Source: Escherichia coli
GTDB lineage: Bacteria > Pseudomonadota > Gammaproteobacteria > Enterobacterales > Enterobacteriaceae
NCBI RefSeq assembly: GCF_034335725.2
Contig: NZ_CP139662.2
Length of the DNA: 24,000 bases
Direction: 5' to 3' (one strand)
Below the pieces are notes generated by a model. It saw only the letters and a list, made by a program, of their open reading frames with translations, was not told the origin of the DNA and ran no database searches. Below are positions 1 through 9,696 of this stretch, in pieces. Position numbers and translations under genes: made by a program. Numbering within the stretch: the first letter of the stretch is position 1; each line of letters begins with the position of its first letter.

Positions 1-87
1 TCAAGTTAGTCATTAAAAGCAAAATTAATCCTCTGGAATCTTTTCTTCCTGCAATGCATGGTTAAGGTTTCGATAGCAGACGCTGTT

Positions 88-704
88 TCACGATATTTTT
101 TCACCAGAAAGGTTCCCGGCATCCGCGTTTCCGGCTGCTTTCCTTACGCGAAGAATGGTCTGCCGTGTAGTGCTAAACTCACGGGCAATAGACCAATACT
201 TACTCCAGCGTTAAGACGTTCCAGCACCACCTGCTGCTGTACCCCATTGAGTGACGAAGGACGCCCGAAGCGTTTTCCCGAAGCCCTGGCTCTTGCAATC
301 CCTGAATGTGTACGCTCAATCAGCAGGTCTTTCTCAAACTCAGCGACGGCCGAAATCACCTGCATGGTCATCCTGCCGGCCGCGCTGGTGAGGTCCACGC
401 CGCCCAGCGCGAGACAGTGTACGCGAATACCGGACGCTGCTAGTTGTTCCACCGTTTTCCTAACGTCCATAGCATTTCGTCCAAGACGATCCAGTTTAGT
501 GACAATCAGCACGTCACCATTTTCCATTCTGTCGAGCAGACGGGTAAATCCAGGCCGCTCACTGGCAGCAACCGAACCACTGATGTGCTCCTCAATCAGT
601 CTCTGGGATTTAACGGTAAAACCAGCAGCTTCTATTTCCCTGCGCTGGTTTTCCGTGTTCTGCTCCAGTGTAGAAACACGGCAGTAGGCAAAAACGCGTG
701 ACAT
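88..704 (-). pseudogene. tnpR: Tn3-family serine resolvase (TnpR), apparent 1-nt frameshift near 191-197 separating the catalytic domain from the C-terminal HTH
   Basis: ORF 144..704 gives [29 protein letters not shown]...[35 protein letters not shown], typical of resolvases. After AGVSI the protein diverges, while the adjacent frame encodes ..[26 protein letters not shown].. (HTH) down to a stop at 88-90. Confidence 0.8.
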
Positions 705-822
705 GATGAAAATTTCCGTCCGAAAAGGATGTACGAATCATAATGCATATCCGAAAGTAATTTCACTTACTTTCGGACAGTATTAAGACCCTGTGTACGA
801 AACCGAACGGTTCTGGGCACCA
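705..822. promoter_or_regulatory. Putative res (resolution) region between tnpR and tnpA
   Basis: Intergenic region of a Tn3-family element containing perfect inverted repeat TCCGAAAGTAA (750-760) / TTACTTTCGGA (767-777) and further tccg/tgtacg half-site-like motifs. Confidence 0.55.
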
Positions 823-3783
823 TCAGGCTGCCAGCGCCAGCCGTTGATCCATGTTCAGCTCGATACGTCCATACGGATTAACATGGTGGTATATCAATGG
901 GGTCAGACCACGCCAGTCTTCTTCTGTCATTCTCTGCTGCCAGGCCGGCTCTGTCAGCACATTTTGAATCAACAGGGTATTGATATAGACCAGGCTGATT
1001 TGCAACAGGTGCAAAGAGAGCATCGACAGTTCCTGATCCGCAGGCCGGTTGCTGGTAAATTCTCCGTGTTCGCCATAAAAAATAAAATTATTGGCGCTGT
1101 TCCAGTTTTCCACGACGTTGAGACCCGCATTAATTTCGCAACGCAGTGACTCATCGTGTAAATAACGGCAGAGGAAGATGGTCTTAATCGCTTTGCCCAG
1201 CTCCGCGAGTGCCTTATAGGTTGGATGCTGAATGTTATTGCGGGTGAATCGTCGTAATATGGCCTCGGGTTCTGCCGTTCCGGTTTTAAGTGCCGCTGTA
1301 TATTTGATTATCTCGTCATACTGTTGTGCAATAAGCTCCCAGTCGATCCCCCGGGTTAAAATCGGCGTAAGATGCGGGTACAACGATGTATCTTCCTTTT
1401 CACACACATACAGTTTCTGTCGGGCGATCGCTTTCAGGCGCGGCAATAGATCGAACCCCAGCACATCACTGAACGCAAAGGCCACCTCACTTTGTCCGTG
1501 GCTGTCCACATACTGGTGGTTAATTTCCATGTCGGTACAGTGACGCAGAACACCTTCCATCATGGCGGCCACCTCCGATGAGGAACAGCGGCGCAATTGT
1601 GAATAAATACAGGTGGAATGCGTATCCACATGCCAGTAAATCATCACGCCGCGCCCGCCATAGCGAGCATGCCATTCTGTCATCAGATTCTGATCATAAG
1701 CACCAAACTTTCGGGAGTCCGCCGCACAGGATGTCGTCGCATTCCCCCAGATAGCGGGCTGACGAATTCTGAAAATACCATTCACAATATGTGAAATCGC
1801 TGAGCGCAAAGCATCTTTCTGAATAAACCGCCGTTTAACGTAACGCAATTCATCATAACTGACGCGGGGTTGCTGGCTGGCGATACGTTTCAGCCCTACA
1901 TTCGTTCCGAGGCCAAACAGACATAACAACAGGCGGCGTTGTAATACCTCAGGCTCCAGCACTTCCCGACTGGCCGATGTGCGAAATAACCACGAGAAAT
2001 GTTCCCGTAAATCCACCTCCTTGAGTATGTCTATCAACTCCAGATCGGCCCAGCGCTGGCCAATCTCCTGCTTCAGCGCTGCGGTGTTGGGCGGCTCCGT
2101 TTGTTTATCCAGCGGCGTCAGGTGGATACGATTTTTCCCCTGTTCCCTGATGCGAAGTCTGGGATTATCCGGCAGGCCATTATCCAGCGTACCGAGCCAC
2201 TGGCGCATCCTGTCTTTGATTTGATTAATAAAGGTTGTCGCATCAGTGGGTGCCTGCAACAGGGAATAATAATATGCGCGGTTAGTGGCAAAATCGGCAG
2301 GGAGATCTTCTGCCGGATCACGATAGCGATCCGCGCCGGTGACCCAGATTTCTTTGTTGCGCAGACTTTTGCGTAAAGCCCGTAATACACAAATTTCATA
2401 GTTGGTACGATTAATACGCTCTTCACCGGACTGGCTCTGTACGATGACAACATCCCGCCATTTTTTCTGAATAATACCGTCAACAGGCACATCACCCACC
2501 GCATAGAAATGCTGATTGCTGGTCCTGTTTTCCTTAATAATCTGGATAGCATCAATCACGGGCCGATAGAGGGCATTGCCGGACTGAAACTCAAGCCGGT
2601 CCAGTACCGGCATCAACATCCTGCGATAGTGGTTACCGTAAGAAGAACGCATGGATTCATGTACTTCCTGCTCAGTATTCACCCCTAGAGTTTTGAATTC
2701 ATCGACCAGATTTTGCAGCATTTTCTGTGAGACAACAGGATAGACAACTTCCTTTATGACACCGTCTGGCTGGTCAACGGTAGCCTCGGCCATGCGGAAT
2801 AGCAGACGCGCCTTGCCCCTGACCTTTTTAAACGCCGCAAACTGCTTTTTATCGACCTTTTTTTCAGCACGGGTACCGAGATTATGGATCAGCACCATCA
2901 ACATCTCAATCAACGCATCGGTCAGTTGCTGGCGGCGACGCCAGCAAAACATAGCTACCATGCTGTAACGGATCGCTGAAGGGTGGCGACGAAGCTCCCT
3001 GATCGATTCACTGGCACACCGTTGTTGAAACTGGACGATGAATTTAGGAGATATGCCCTGAAAAATATTCGGCAGTAGCGCAACACCATCAAGGCATTTT
3101 AGTTGGGCGATGACGGAAAGGACATTCTCCAGACTGGGCCTTCCCGGGTCAGCTTTGAGGCCGCTGAATGTGACTTCGTTTACCTGGGCAGCGCCCGGTT
3201 CTTCGGCAGACAGTAGATGATTGATGGCAACCTTACTGTCGAGTGAAAGTCGGGTAAATATGGTGTTTTGTTGCTTTGTTTCGAACTGGTGTACAGCTGA
3301 ACGTATAATCCGCTCCAGGTGCTCGGTGGCTGGCCGTTCAATCAGCTGTTCCTGACACCAGTCAGTAACAAGTTCACTGCCATGTACGGCCTGCGGATTT
3401 AACGGGAGGATAAATTCGGTTAACCAGGCGCTGAGTCGTGCGATATCAGCTTTACTGGGGAGTCTGACACCCAGATAGCGACGAATATGTTGTCGGTGTC
3501 GGTGTCGCTGAGCCTGCCGTCCCTGAAACGGATAGTTTTCAGGGGATACGGAAGCGCATCCGACCTGCTCAGCGATGGTGTGCACAATGCCGGAAGGGAA
3601 ATCGTGTACAGAGTCGGGATAATGGCCCTGAACCTGTCGGAATTTTAGTTGAAGGGCAAATCCCAGACGCCCCGTATCGGTCATCCCCGGTAGCAGGGAA
3701 AGCTCGTCAGCAAGCAAATGCCACTCGTCCCTGTCATCAAAAGCCTTCTCCTGTAACAACATCCCAACTCCCTGAATCATCAA
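823..3783 (-). CDS. tnpA: Tn3-family transposase, full length (about 986 aa)
   Basis: Long ORF with DUF4158-like N-terminus ([27 protein letters not shown]) and Tn3 C-terminal region ([66 protein letters not shown]). Confidence 0.93.
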   Translation of the reverse strand: MMIQGVGMLLQEKAFDDRDEWHLLADELSLLPGMTDTGRLGFALQLKFRQVQGHYPDSVHDFPSGIVHTIAEQVGCASVSPENYPFQGRQAQRHRHRQHIRRYLGVRLPSKADIARLSAWLTEFILPLNPQAVHGSELVTDWCQEQLIERPATEHLERIIRSAVHQFETKQQNTIFTRLSLDSKVAINHLLSAEEPGAAQVNEVTFSGLKADPGRPSLENVLSVIAQLKCLDGVALLPNIFQGISPKFIVQFQQRCASESIRELRRHPSAIRYSMVAMFCWRRRQQLTDALIEMLMVLIHNLGTRAEKKVDKKQFAAFKKVRGKARLLFRMAEATVDQPDGVIKEVVYPVVSQKMLQNLVDEFKTLGVNTEQEVHESMRSSYGNHYRRMLMPVLDRLEFQSGNALYRPVIDAIQIIKENRTSNQHFYAVGDVPVDGIIQKKWRDVVIVQSQSGEERINRTNYEICVLRALRKSLRNKEIWVTGADRYRDPAEDLPADFATNRAYYYSLLQAPTDATTFINQIKDRMRQWLGTLDNGLPDNPRLRIREQGKNRIHLTPLDKQTEPPNTAALKQEIGQRWADLELIDILKEVDLREHFSWLFRTSASREVLEPEVLQRRLLLCLFGLGTNVGLKRIASQQPRVSYDELRYVKRRFIQKDALRSAISHIVNGIFRIRQPAIWGNATTSCAADSRKFGAYDQNLMTEWHARYGGRGVMIYWHVDTHSTCIYSQLRRCSSSEVAAMMEGVLRHCTDMEINHQYVDSHGQSEVAFAFSDVLGFDLLPRLKAIARQKLYVCEKEDTSLYPHLTPILTRGIDWELIAQQYDEIIKYTAALKTGTAEPEAILRRFTRNNIQHPTYKALAELGKAIKTIFLCRYLHDESLRCEINAGLNVVENWNSANNFIFYGEHGEFTSNRPADQELSMLSLHLLQISLVYINTLLIQNVLTEPAWQQRMTEEDWRGLTPLIYHHVNPYGRIELNMDQRLALAA

Positions 3784-3793
3784 TGGGTAACCG

Positions 3794-4321
3794 CTATGGT
3801 AACCATTTCACAGGTGAGTAATTTTTATTCAGATCCAGTTCAAAAAAGTCAGATGCCGCATTTTGCAGCTTCGCTCCCACTAGGCCCAAAAGTGGTGAAC
3901 GGGCAGCGTCAGAGGGGATGACCACGACTGAGGGCAGCAGTGAAAGCAACGGTTCTGCTCCCGTAGTATCGAAGGAGAAATAGCCACAGAGAATATTGGC
4001 CACTTCGCCATCACCTCCAAAACTGAGACTATTACCTGAACATTCAGCAAAGATATCTTCGCACCATTGTGTTGGAGTAGAAGGGTTATCTACCAGAGAA
4101 AAAAGGGTCTCAGGCTTCACCAGGAACCCATCTCCTTGCTGCAGTTCAATGGAGTTTTCAACGCCTTCCACTATAAGCATTCCATGTCCAGAAACCATGA
4201 ATCCAAAGCGAATTGAAGCACTTCTTACAAAGCTTATCCCCCACGGGGCATGCGGTAAAAGGCGTGAATAAAGTGCGCTTTTGAGACGCATAGCAGCAAA
4301 TACATCATCGAGAGGATCCAT
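3794..4321 (-). pseudogene. AraC-family regulator, N-terminal cupin-like sensor domain only; C-terminal HTH lost at the Tn3 element boundary
   Basis: Translation MDPLDDVFAAMRLKSALYSRLLPHAPWGISF...FGFMVSGHGMLIVEGVENSIELQQGDGFLVKP matches the cupin_6-type sensor domain. The ORF stops after 175 aa a few bp from the tnpA start, with no HTH. Confidence 0.7.
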
Positions 4322-4433
4322 TTTTTCCCTCTTTCATGGACGGTTAGTCAGTAATAATGTCTTTTCAGACATTCTACATCCAGTAAAAAAATTTTAAGGT
4401 AGCGACGTACTCAACAAAACCAAAGAGAGCAAT

Positions 4434-5447
4434 ATGCATAGCTATCGACTTGAGAGTTTCGGAAGTTTACAAGGACTGAAGTTAATTGAGGAACAGCAGC
4501 CAGTCCCCGGGCGTAATCAGGTTCTGATAAAGGTCCGCGCCTGTAGTCTTAATTATCGTGATCTGGCCATTCTGTACGGAACAGGCACATTAACCCCTAA
4601 AGCCGGGCTGATCCCTTTATCGGACGGGGCTGGTGAGGTCGTGGCTACAGGCGATTCTGTGGGCCTGTTTAAAAAGGGGGATCGGGTTGTGGGAACCTTC
4701 TTTCCTCACTGGTTTGGTGGAGCACGGGATGCCGCTGCAGGGAGAGGAACTTATGGCACTCAGGCCGATGGATGGTTAACCTCATACAAAGTGGTTGATG
4801 AAGAGTCTCTGGTTTCTGTACCTGATTACCTGAGCTGGGAACAGGCTGCCACTCTCCCTTGCGCAGCAGTTACAGCATGGAACAGCCTTCAACAGTCGCG
4901 GTCTGTATTACCGGGAGAGACTGTGCTTACCCAGGGCACAGGTGGAGTCTCACTGTTTGCGGTGCAGTTCGCCAAAATCATGGGGGCACGCGTTATTGCG
5001 TTAACGTCAAATGATGTAAAAGCACAGCTATTGTCGGCGCTTGGTGCCGATCATGTCATCAATTACCGACATTATCCTGAATGGTCAGTAAAAGTCCGGG
5101 AACTGACACAAGGCAGGGGGGTTGACCGTATTGTGGAAATTGGCGGGCCGGGAACCTTAAATCAGTCTTTACTCTCCGCAGCGCCGGGAGGGGAAATTGC
5201 TCTGCTGGGCTTTGTTGCACAGGGAAGTGCATCAGTCGATTTTATGACTTTGTTCAAAAGTGGCGCAACTGTAAGACCTTTCAGTGTTGGCAGCCGCGAG
5301 GATTTTGTCGCTATGAATCGGGCGCTGGTAAAAAGTCAGCTTCAGCCGGTTATAGACAGGGTATTCGAGTTTGAACATGCTGTTGAAGCATGGCGATATT
5401 TTGAAAGCCAGCAACATACTGGCAAAGTGGTCATCACGATGAATTGA
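4434..5447 (+). CDS. NAD(P)-dependent alcohol dehydrogenase / quinone oxidoreductase-like (MDR superfamily)
   Basis: 337 aa ORF with GROES-like N-terminus (VRACSLNYRDLAILYGTG, PLSDGAGEVVATGDSV) and Rossmann region (GVSLFAVQFAKIMGARVIALTS, LGADHVINYRHYPEW). Confidence 0.88.
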   Translation: MHSYRLESFGSLQGLKLIEEQQPVPGRNQVLIKVRACSLNYRDLAILYGTGTLTPKAGLIPLSDGAGEVVATGDSVGLFKKGDRVVGTFFPHWFGGARDAAAGRGTYGTQADGWLTSYKVVDEESLVSVPDYLSWEQAATLPCAAVTAWNSLQQSRSVLPGETVLTQGTGGVSLFAVQFAKIMGARVIALTSNDVKAQLLSALGADHVINYRHYPEWSVKVRELTQGRGVDRIVEIGGPGTLNQSLLSAAPGGEIALLGFVAQGSASVDFMTLFKSGATVRPFSVGSREDFVAMNRALVKSQLQPVIDRVFEFEHAVEAWRYFESQQHTGKVVITMN

Positions 5448-5652
5448 AGCAGAAAGAGCCCTGATGCCCACTAAAGGCCGGGGCTTATGCCATAAGAGCA
5501 GACAGGTTTGTTCGTCGATGATGATTTCCTGCAGTTAAACGCCTCACCTCGATATTGTCTGCGTTTTACGAACTTCCGTTTTTCACTCATAGCGGACTGC
5601 GCTCACTTACTGCTGTGAGCGTTACCTTGAGTTTAATGCCAGCCAGGTATAG

Positions 5653-6648
5653 TCAGGTTGACAGTACTTGTTTCAGACCTTCGTCATTAAAAACGGTTCC
5701 GGTCTTCAGGACGCCATAACACCAGTGCACCAGTTTCCGCATCAGCGCGCCAATGGCTACCATTTTAGGTTTACCCCGCAGGCACATCTCATCGTAAATA
5801 TTACGCATTCGCTTATTGTAGATTTTTCCGCACAGGGCGGACATGTAAAGCCTCGCTCTCAACTGAGGGGGGCCGATTTTCGACATCCGCGGTCGGCTCC
5901 GGACCGATGTGCCTGAGCGTTTCTCGATCGGCACCACGCCCAGAAAGGCGGCAGCCTGCTCAGCTGATGCAAAGTTATGGCTGCGAAGCTCGACCAGCAT
6001 ATGCATCCCCAACTGGGGACCAACCGATTTAATTGAGTTCAGCAGTGTATAATCACGCCTCAGTACAGGGCTGGCTTTGATATGTGCTTTAATCTGCCGC
6101 TCGATATTACTTACCTCCTCGCGCAGAAGCTGCGCCATACGCCTGCAGGAACTGATAATATCTGCAGGTGTGTCTGTCGACAGGTATTTTTCCAGCCTGT
6201 TCTCCTCACGCAGGGCATCACCCAGCAGAACATCACGCCGTCGCAGGAGTGCAGCGAGATATCTGATTTCGGGGGACGGCGGCTCCCAGTGGTGTGGCTT
6301 CTTAAGGAATGCGTAACAGGCAAGCATATACGCATCCACCTTATCCGTCTTTGTCATTATTCCCATGCCGCGTGCAAACTCCCGACTGCGGTGAGGGTTG
6401 GCCAGAGAAACCCGGAAACCGGCATCATGTAACTCAGTGGCCAGCCGTTCGTGATAAACACCGGTAGCTTCCATCACAACATGAACATCCTCAGGACCGC
6501 AGTGCTGGAGCCTGAGCCAGCGAAGAATATTTTCAACTGAATGTCTGTTATTTTGGATGTTACGGGTTTTTATGCGTCCTTTGATACCGTCATACAGTAT
6601 GCAAAGATCAAGGGTGTTTTTACTTACGTCAATGCCGACTGGAAACAT
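5653..6648 (-). CDS. IS110-family DEDD transposase/recombinase
   Basis: MFPVGIDVSKNTLDLCIL... with VVMEATGVYHERLATELHDAG, MTKTDKVDAYMLACYA and C-terminal Tnp_20-like region (LLNSIKSVGPQLGMHMLVEL..AAFLGVVPIEKRSGTSVRSRPRMSKIG). The likely start is the internal Met at 6648 rather than the ORF start at 6777. Confidence 0.9.
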   Translation of the reverse strand: MFPVGIDVSKNTLDLCILYDGIKGRIKTRNIQNNRHSVENILRWLRLQHCGPEDVHVVMEATGVYHERLATELHDAGFRVSLANPHRSREFARGMGIMTKTDKVDAYMLACYAFLKKPHHWEPPSPEIRYLAALLRRRDVLLGDALREENRLEKYLSTDTPADIISSCRRMAQLLREEVSNIERQIKAHIKASPVLRRDYTLLNSIKSVGPQLGMHMLVELRSHNFASAEQAAAFLGVVPIEKRSGTSVRSRPRMSKIGPPQLRARLYMSALCGKIYNKRMRNIYDEMCLRGKPKMVAIGALMRKLVHWCYGVLKTGTVFNDEGLKQVLST

Positions 6649-6769
6649 GGTCAAACTCCTCTCACATAAACCGTCACGCCTGTTCGCCTTGTACATACGG
6701 AGTCGAGCTCCCGGTAACCGTTCAACCTGATGTGCTGGCGTGAAAGGTGAAGCGGAGGGCCATATGCTG

Positions 6770-6955
6770 CAAATCAAGGTTCAGCGGTGCTGGCTTTTCT
6801 GACCTTAAGTGAAGGGGGCGGCTCACTCAGCTTCAGTGGTGGTAGCTAATCACCACAAACTGTTAGATACAAGGGTGAAGGGATAGGTAGGTGATCCCTT
6901 TCTATCCCTCACTGGTATCGGCAGCTAACCCTCATTTCAACCGACCCACATTAAC
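6770..6955 (-). ncRNA. Candidate IS110 bridge/seek RNA region (non-coding sequence upstream of the transposase)
   Basis: Non-coding flank with hairpins: GTGGTG(6836-6841)/CACCAC(6851-6856), and AGGGATAG(6879-6886)/CTATCCCT(6902-6909) with a 15-nt loop. Some IS110 elements encode their guide RNA upstream of the recombinase gene. Element ends not determined. Confidence 0.3.
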
Positions 6956-6983
6956 TGAAAACGAAAGCCTTTTCTTTAAATCC

Positions 6984-7931
6984 TCAGGAAGTCTCAGTAT
7001 GCTCATGAATACCATTATTTGTTTGTGGTGAGCAATCCCGATGTTTGTTGGTTGCAGACACTCGCCGTGAGAAAAGAGTAAGAAATATCCCGGCAACTAA
7101 CGGTATAATAAAGAGCATTGATTGAGTTGAAATTGCATATCCATATACATAGCTTTCCAGGCTTACCGCAATCAGAGGAAAAATAAGGAATACAAGTGAA
7201 GCCTGAAAGGCACTGGCCTTTTGCTGAAGTGCAAAGTAGCACAATATCCCAAAAACCCCGGCAAAAGCACCGAGATACAGGGTAGCTAATATTGAGTGTG
7301 CTGAGAAGGCTGACACCAGTGGTCTTTCGAAGAACCATCCTGCCGCAGAAAGTAACAATCCTGCCAGAAAGCACGGGAGCGCATTAAACGTTATAACAGA
7401 GACAGCACAGCTTCTTTTCTTGCATTGAGTATATATTATGGCATGGATGATTACGGCTGAAACAAGCGCAATGATTCCCTGCCATTGGGTCTCTGTGCTT
7501 GTTTTCGTTTCTTCGAGAAGAATGCCCGCCAGTGCCACTATTGCGATAGTTAAACCCGCAATCTGCATTGAGTTTGTTTTTTCATTCAAAAACAAAACTG
7601 ATGCAATCAAAACAGCCACAGGCATGTTTGAAAATATAATGGAGGCAAGCCCGGAGCTGACATATGTTTCACCATAAATCATTAATGAGAAAGGAATGGC
7701 AAAATAAAAAATACAAATTACAAGCTGGAACAAGCGTTGTCCGCGTGGAAATAAAAGCGGTGTTTTTCTTAACCATGCAATGCCGATTAAGAATGGAGCT
7801 GCAAACATAAACCTCATCCCGGTTGCAAACACCGGAGGGATAGTTTCAGCGGCTATCCGCATAGCCAGCCATGTGGTCCCCCAGGTCAGTGAAACCAGCA
7901 GGAATAATACCAATATCGTCACTCTGCGCAT
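6984..7931 (-). CDS. EamA/DMT-family transporter
   Basis: 315 aa polytopic membrane protein, MRRVTILVLFLLVSLTWGTTWLAMRIAAETIPPVFATGMRFMFAAPFL, typical of the EamA family. Confidence 0.88.
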   Translation of the reverse strand: MRRVTILVLFLLVSLTWGTTWLAMRIAAETIPPVFATGMRFMFAAPFLIGIAWLRKTPLLFPRGQRLFQLVICIFYFAIPFSLMIYGETYVSSGLASIIFSNMPVAVLIASVLFLNEKTNSMQIAGLTIAIVALAGILLEETKTSTETQWQGIIALVSAVIIHAIIYTQCKKRSCAVSVITFNALPCFLAGLLLSAAGWFFERPLVSAFSAHSILATLYLGAFAGVFGILCYFALQQKASAFQASLVFLIFPLIAVSLESYVYGYAISTQSMLFIIPLVAGIFLTLFSRRVSATNKHRDCSPQTNNGIHEHTETS

Positions 7932-7973
7932 AAGATACTCCCAGTAAAAGAAATTAATTTAACTTTTTAACGG

Positions 7974-8026
7974 GAGAAAAATATTGTTTTCTTCACTTTT
8001 ATTTTATACTTTTAGAGAAAAATATT
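7974..8026. promoter_or_regulatory. Putative operator: two identical 12-bp repeats GAGAAAAATATT
   Basis: GAGAAAAATATT at 7974-7985 and 8015-8026, 41 bp apart, in the divergent EamA/Lrp intergenic region. The second extends to GAGAAAAATATTCTCC. Confidence 0.45.
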
Positions 8027-8046
8027 CTCCATCAGAAGGGGCGGTT

Positions 8047-8508
8047 ATGCTGGATAAGAAAGATAAGGAGCTGCTCAGGCTGTTACAACATGACTGTACA
8101 CTGTGTCTACAGGACCTGGCAGCGGCTGTCGATTTAACGCCGAATCCTTGCTGGAAGCGCATAAAACGTCTTGAAGATGAGGGGATCATCACTGGTCGGG
8201 TTGCTCTGTTGAGTAAGGATAAGCTTAACTTGTCGCTTACAGCCTTCGTGATGATAAAAACACAAAACCACAGCCATGACTGGTATAAACATTTCGTTTC
8301 GCAGGTCAATAGTATGCCAGAAGTGATGACTTTTTTCCGTACCACGGGAGAATATGATTATCTTCTTCAGGTAGTGGTTTCAGATATGAAGGGTTACGAT
8401 AGTTTTTACAAAAAGCTGGTCAGCTCAGTAAGCGGATTGAGTGATGTAACATCCAGTTTTTCCATGGAGGAAATAAAATACACCACTCAACTTCCATTAC
8501 CTAGTTAA
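8047..8508 (+). CDS. Lrp/AsnC-family transcriptional regulator
   Basis: [55 protein letters not shown] (HTH) followed by RAM-like domain. ATG at 8047 is preferred over the ORF start at 7984 by family length. Confidence 0.9.
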   Translation: MLDKKDKELLRLLQHDCTLCLQDLAAAVDLTPNPCWKRIKRLEDEGIITGRVALLSKDKLNLSLTAFVMIKTQNHSHDWYKHFVSQVNSMPEVMTFFRTTGEYDYLLQVVVSDMKGYDSFYKKLVSSVSGLSDVTSSFSMEEIKYTTQLPLPS

Positions 8509-8532
8509 TGGTTTCGCAATTAATTGTCAGTC

Positions 8533-8556
8533 TCCATAAAACGACCGTTTTATGGA
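8533..8556. repeat. Perfect inverted repeat, 11-bp arms, 2-nt spacer
   Basis: TCCATAAAACG-AC-CGTTTTATGGA. Confidence 0.9.
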
Positions 8557-8576
8557 CTCACTGTAGTGCTGATCAT

Positions 8577-8697
8577 CAATCAAACGCTGTGTCTGACATT
8601 CGGTCAAAGCAAGCTGATGAGCAGCATCGCGACGACGCATGCGCTTTTCAATAACTGACTGAATGATGTTGATCCGACTGAGTTCTTTGTCTGTCAT
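8577..8697 (-). pseudogene. Remnant of a transposase N-terminus (ISNCY-like, HTH region)
   Basis: MTDKELSRINIIQSVIEKRMRRRDAAHQLALTECQTQRLI resembles the start of ISNCY-type transposases (MT..ELsRi.vi..v..rR.t...AA..L.ls.RQ.qRL), then runs into unrelated sequence. Confidence 0.6.
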
Positions 8698-8792
8698 AGT
8701 CACCAACATAAGATCGCGGTCCTGTGCTGAGCAAAATGAAGGCTTAGCGTACACGACGCGTGTGAATTGTGCTGAGACGACAATAACGCTTT

Positions 8793-9695
8793 GTGTACCG
8801 GCATATCATTCTCGGCCAGACCTTCGGCACGTCAGTGCTCTCCCGCGACGAGCTGCGCTTTATGCTGGTTCATACCAGGGAGGCCTTCCTGCGCGGGCAT
8901 AACAGGCTGGCAACCCTGCCGGCCCTGGGCACGCTGCTCGACATCACCCGTGACCTGCTGGCCTGGCAGGTGGAGCATGACCGTCCGGTGGATGACCACT
9001 ACCTGAAGGGGATCTTCCGCCTGGCCGGCGAAAACTGGATGGAAGAGTTTGACCGGTTCCGGGCAGCGCTGCGCCCGGTCGTGGATCAGATGTATGCCGA
9101 GCATCTTTTGCGTCCGCTGGAGAGCGACTGTTTTGAGCTGGCTGACATTCCCGACGCTAACCTGTCTGAAATTTTCACCCTGCCGCGGCTGAAGACCATA
9201 TTCCCTCTGGTCCTGCGCGGGCTGGGCTGGACAGAACAGAAGGCCACCGCTCTGGCGCAGGAGCTGCGCCCGGTTATTTCTGCCGTAACGGAAACCATCG
9301 GGGCCGGCACCCTGCGCCTTGATATCCGCATTGACGGCCAGCCCCCCGGAGAACGCCCGGGGGCCTGGTACACCACGCCCCGTCTGCACCTGCTGATCAC
9401 CGGCCAGGACTTCGTGGTGCCGTACGGCTGGGAGGCGTTCTACGAACTGCTGGGCCTGTTCACGCTGTATTCCCGCCATCCGGAAGCCCTGGCGCACGGT
9501 CACCAAGGGGCGCGTGTGATGTTCTCCCCGCCCGGGCATGTATCAAAAGAGGGATTTTTCGGTATCGACGGCCTGCGGATTTTTTTACCGGCGGAGGCCT
9601 TTGAGACGCTGGTCCGGGAGCTTACCACGCGATGTGCGGAAGGTACGCTGGCGGAGGCCCTGACCGGGCTGCGCGGCCTTTACGGAGATCTGTAA
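8793..9695 (+). CDS. Uncharacterised 300-aa protein in operon with a KAP P-loop NTPase
   Basis: GTG-start ORF (MYRHIILGQTFGTSVLSRDELRFMLVHTREAFLRGHNRL...); its stop is 1 nt from the ATG of the next gene. No recognised domain by eye. Confidence 0.75.
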   Translation: MYRHIILGQTFGTSVLSRDELRFMLVHTREAFLRGHNRLATLPALGTLLDITRDLLAWQVEHDRPVDDHYLKGIFRLAGENWMEEFDRFRAALRPVVDQMYAEHLLRPLESDCFELADIPDANLSEIFTLPRLKTIFPLVLRGLGWTEQKATALAQELRPVISAVTETIGAGTLRLDIRIDGQPPGERPGAWYTTPRLHLLITGQDFVVPYGWEAFYELLGLFTLYSRHPEALAHGHQGARVMFSPPGHVSKEGFFGIDGLRIFLPAEAFETLVRELTTRCAEGTLAEALTGLRGLYGDL

Positions 9696-9696
9696 T

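Noticed and set aside
58-687. 209-aa + strand ORF
   Set aside because: Antisense to the conserved resolvase; low-complexity serine/arginine-rich translation with no family resemblance.
2101-2555. Overlapping antisense/alternate ORFs inside the Tn3 transposase
   Set aside because: The -1 frame tnpA ORF is continuous and conserved across this region; the others are shadow ORFs.
8832-9539. 235-aa minus-strand ORF opposite the 300-aa gene
   Set aside because: Gly/Gln/Arg-rich shadow ORF in high-GC sequence. The plus-strand frame is directly coupled to the KAP gene and looks protein-like.
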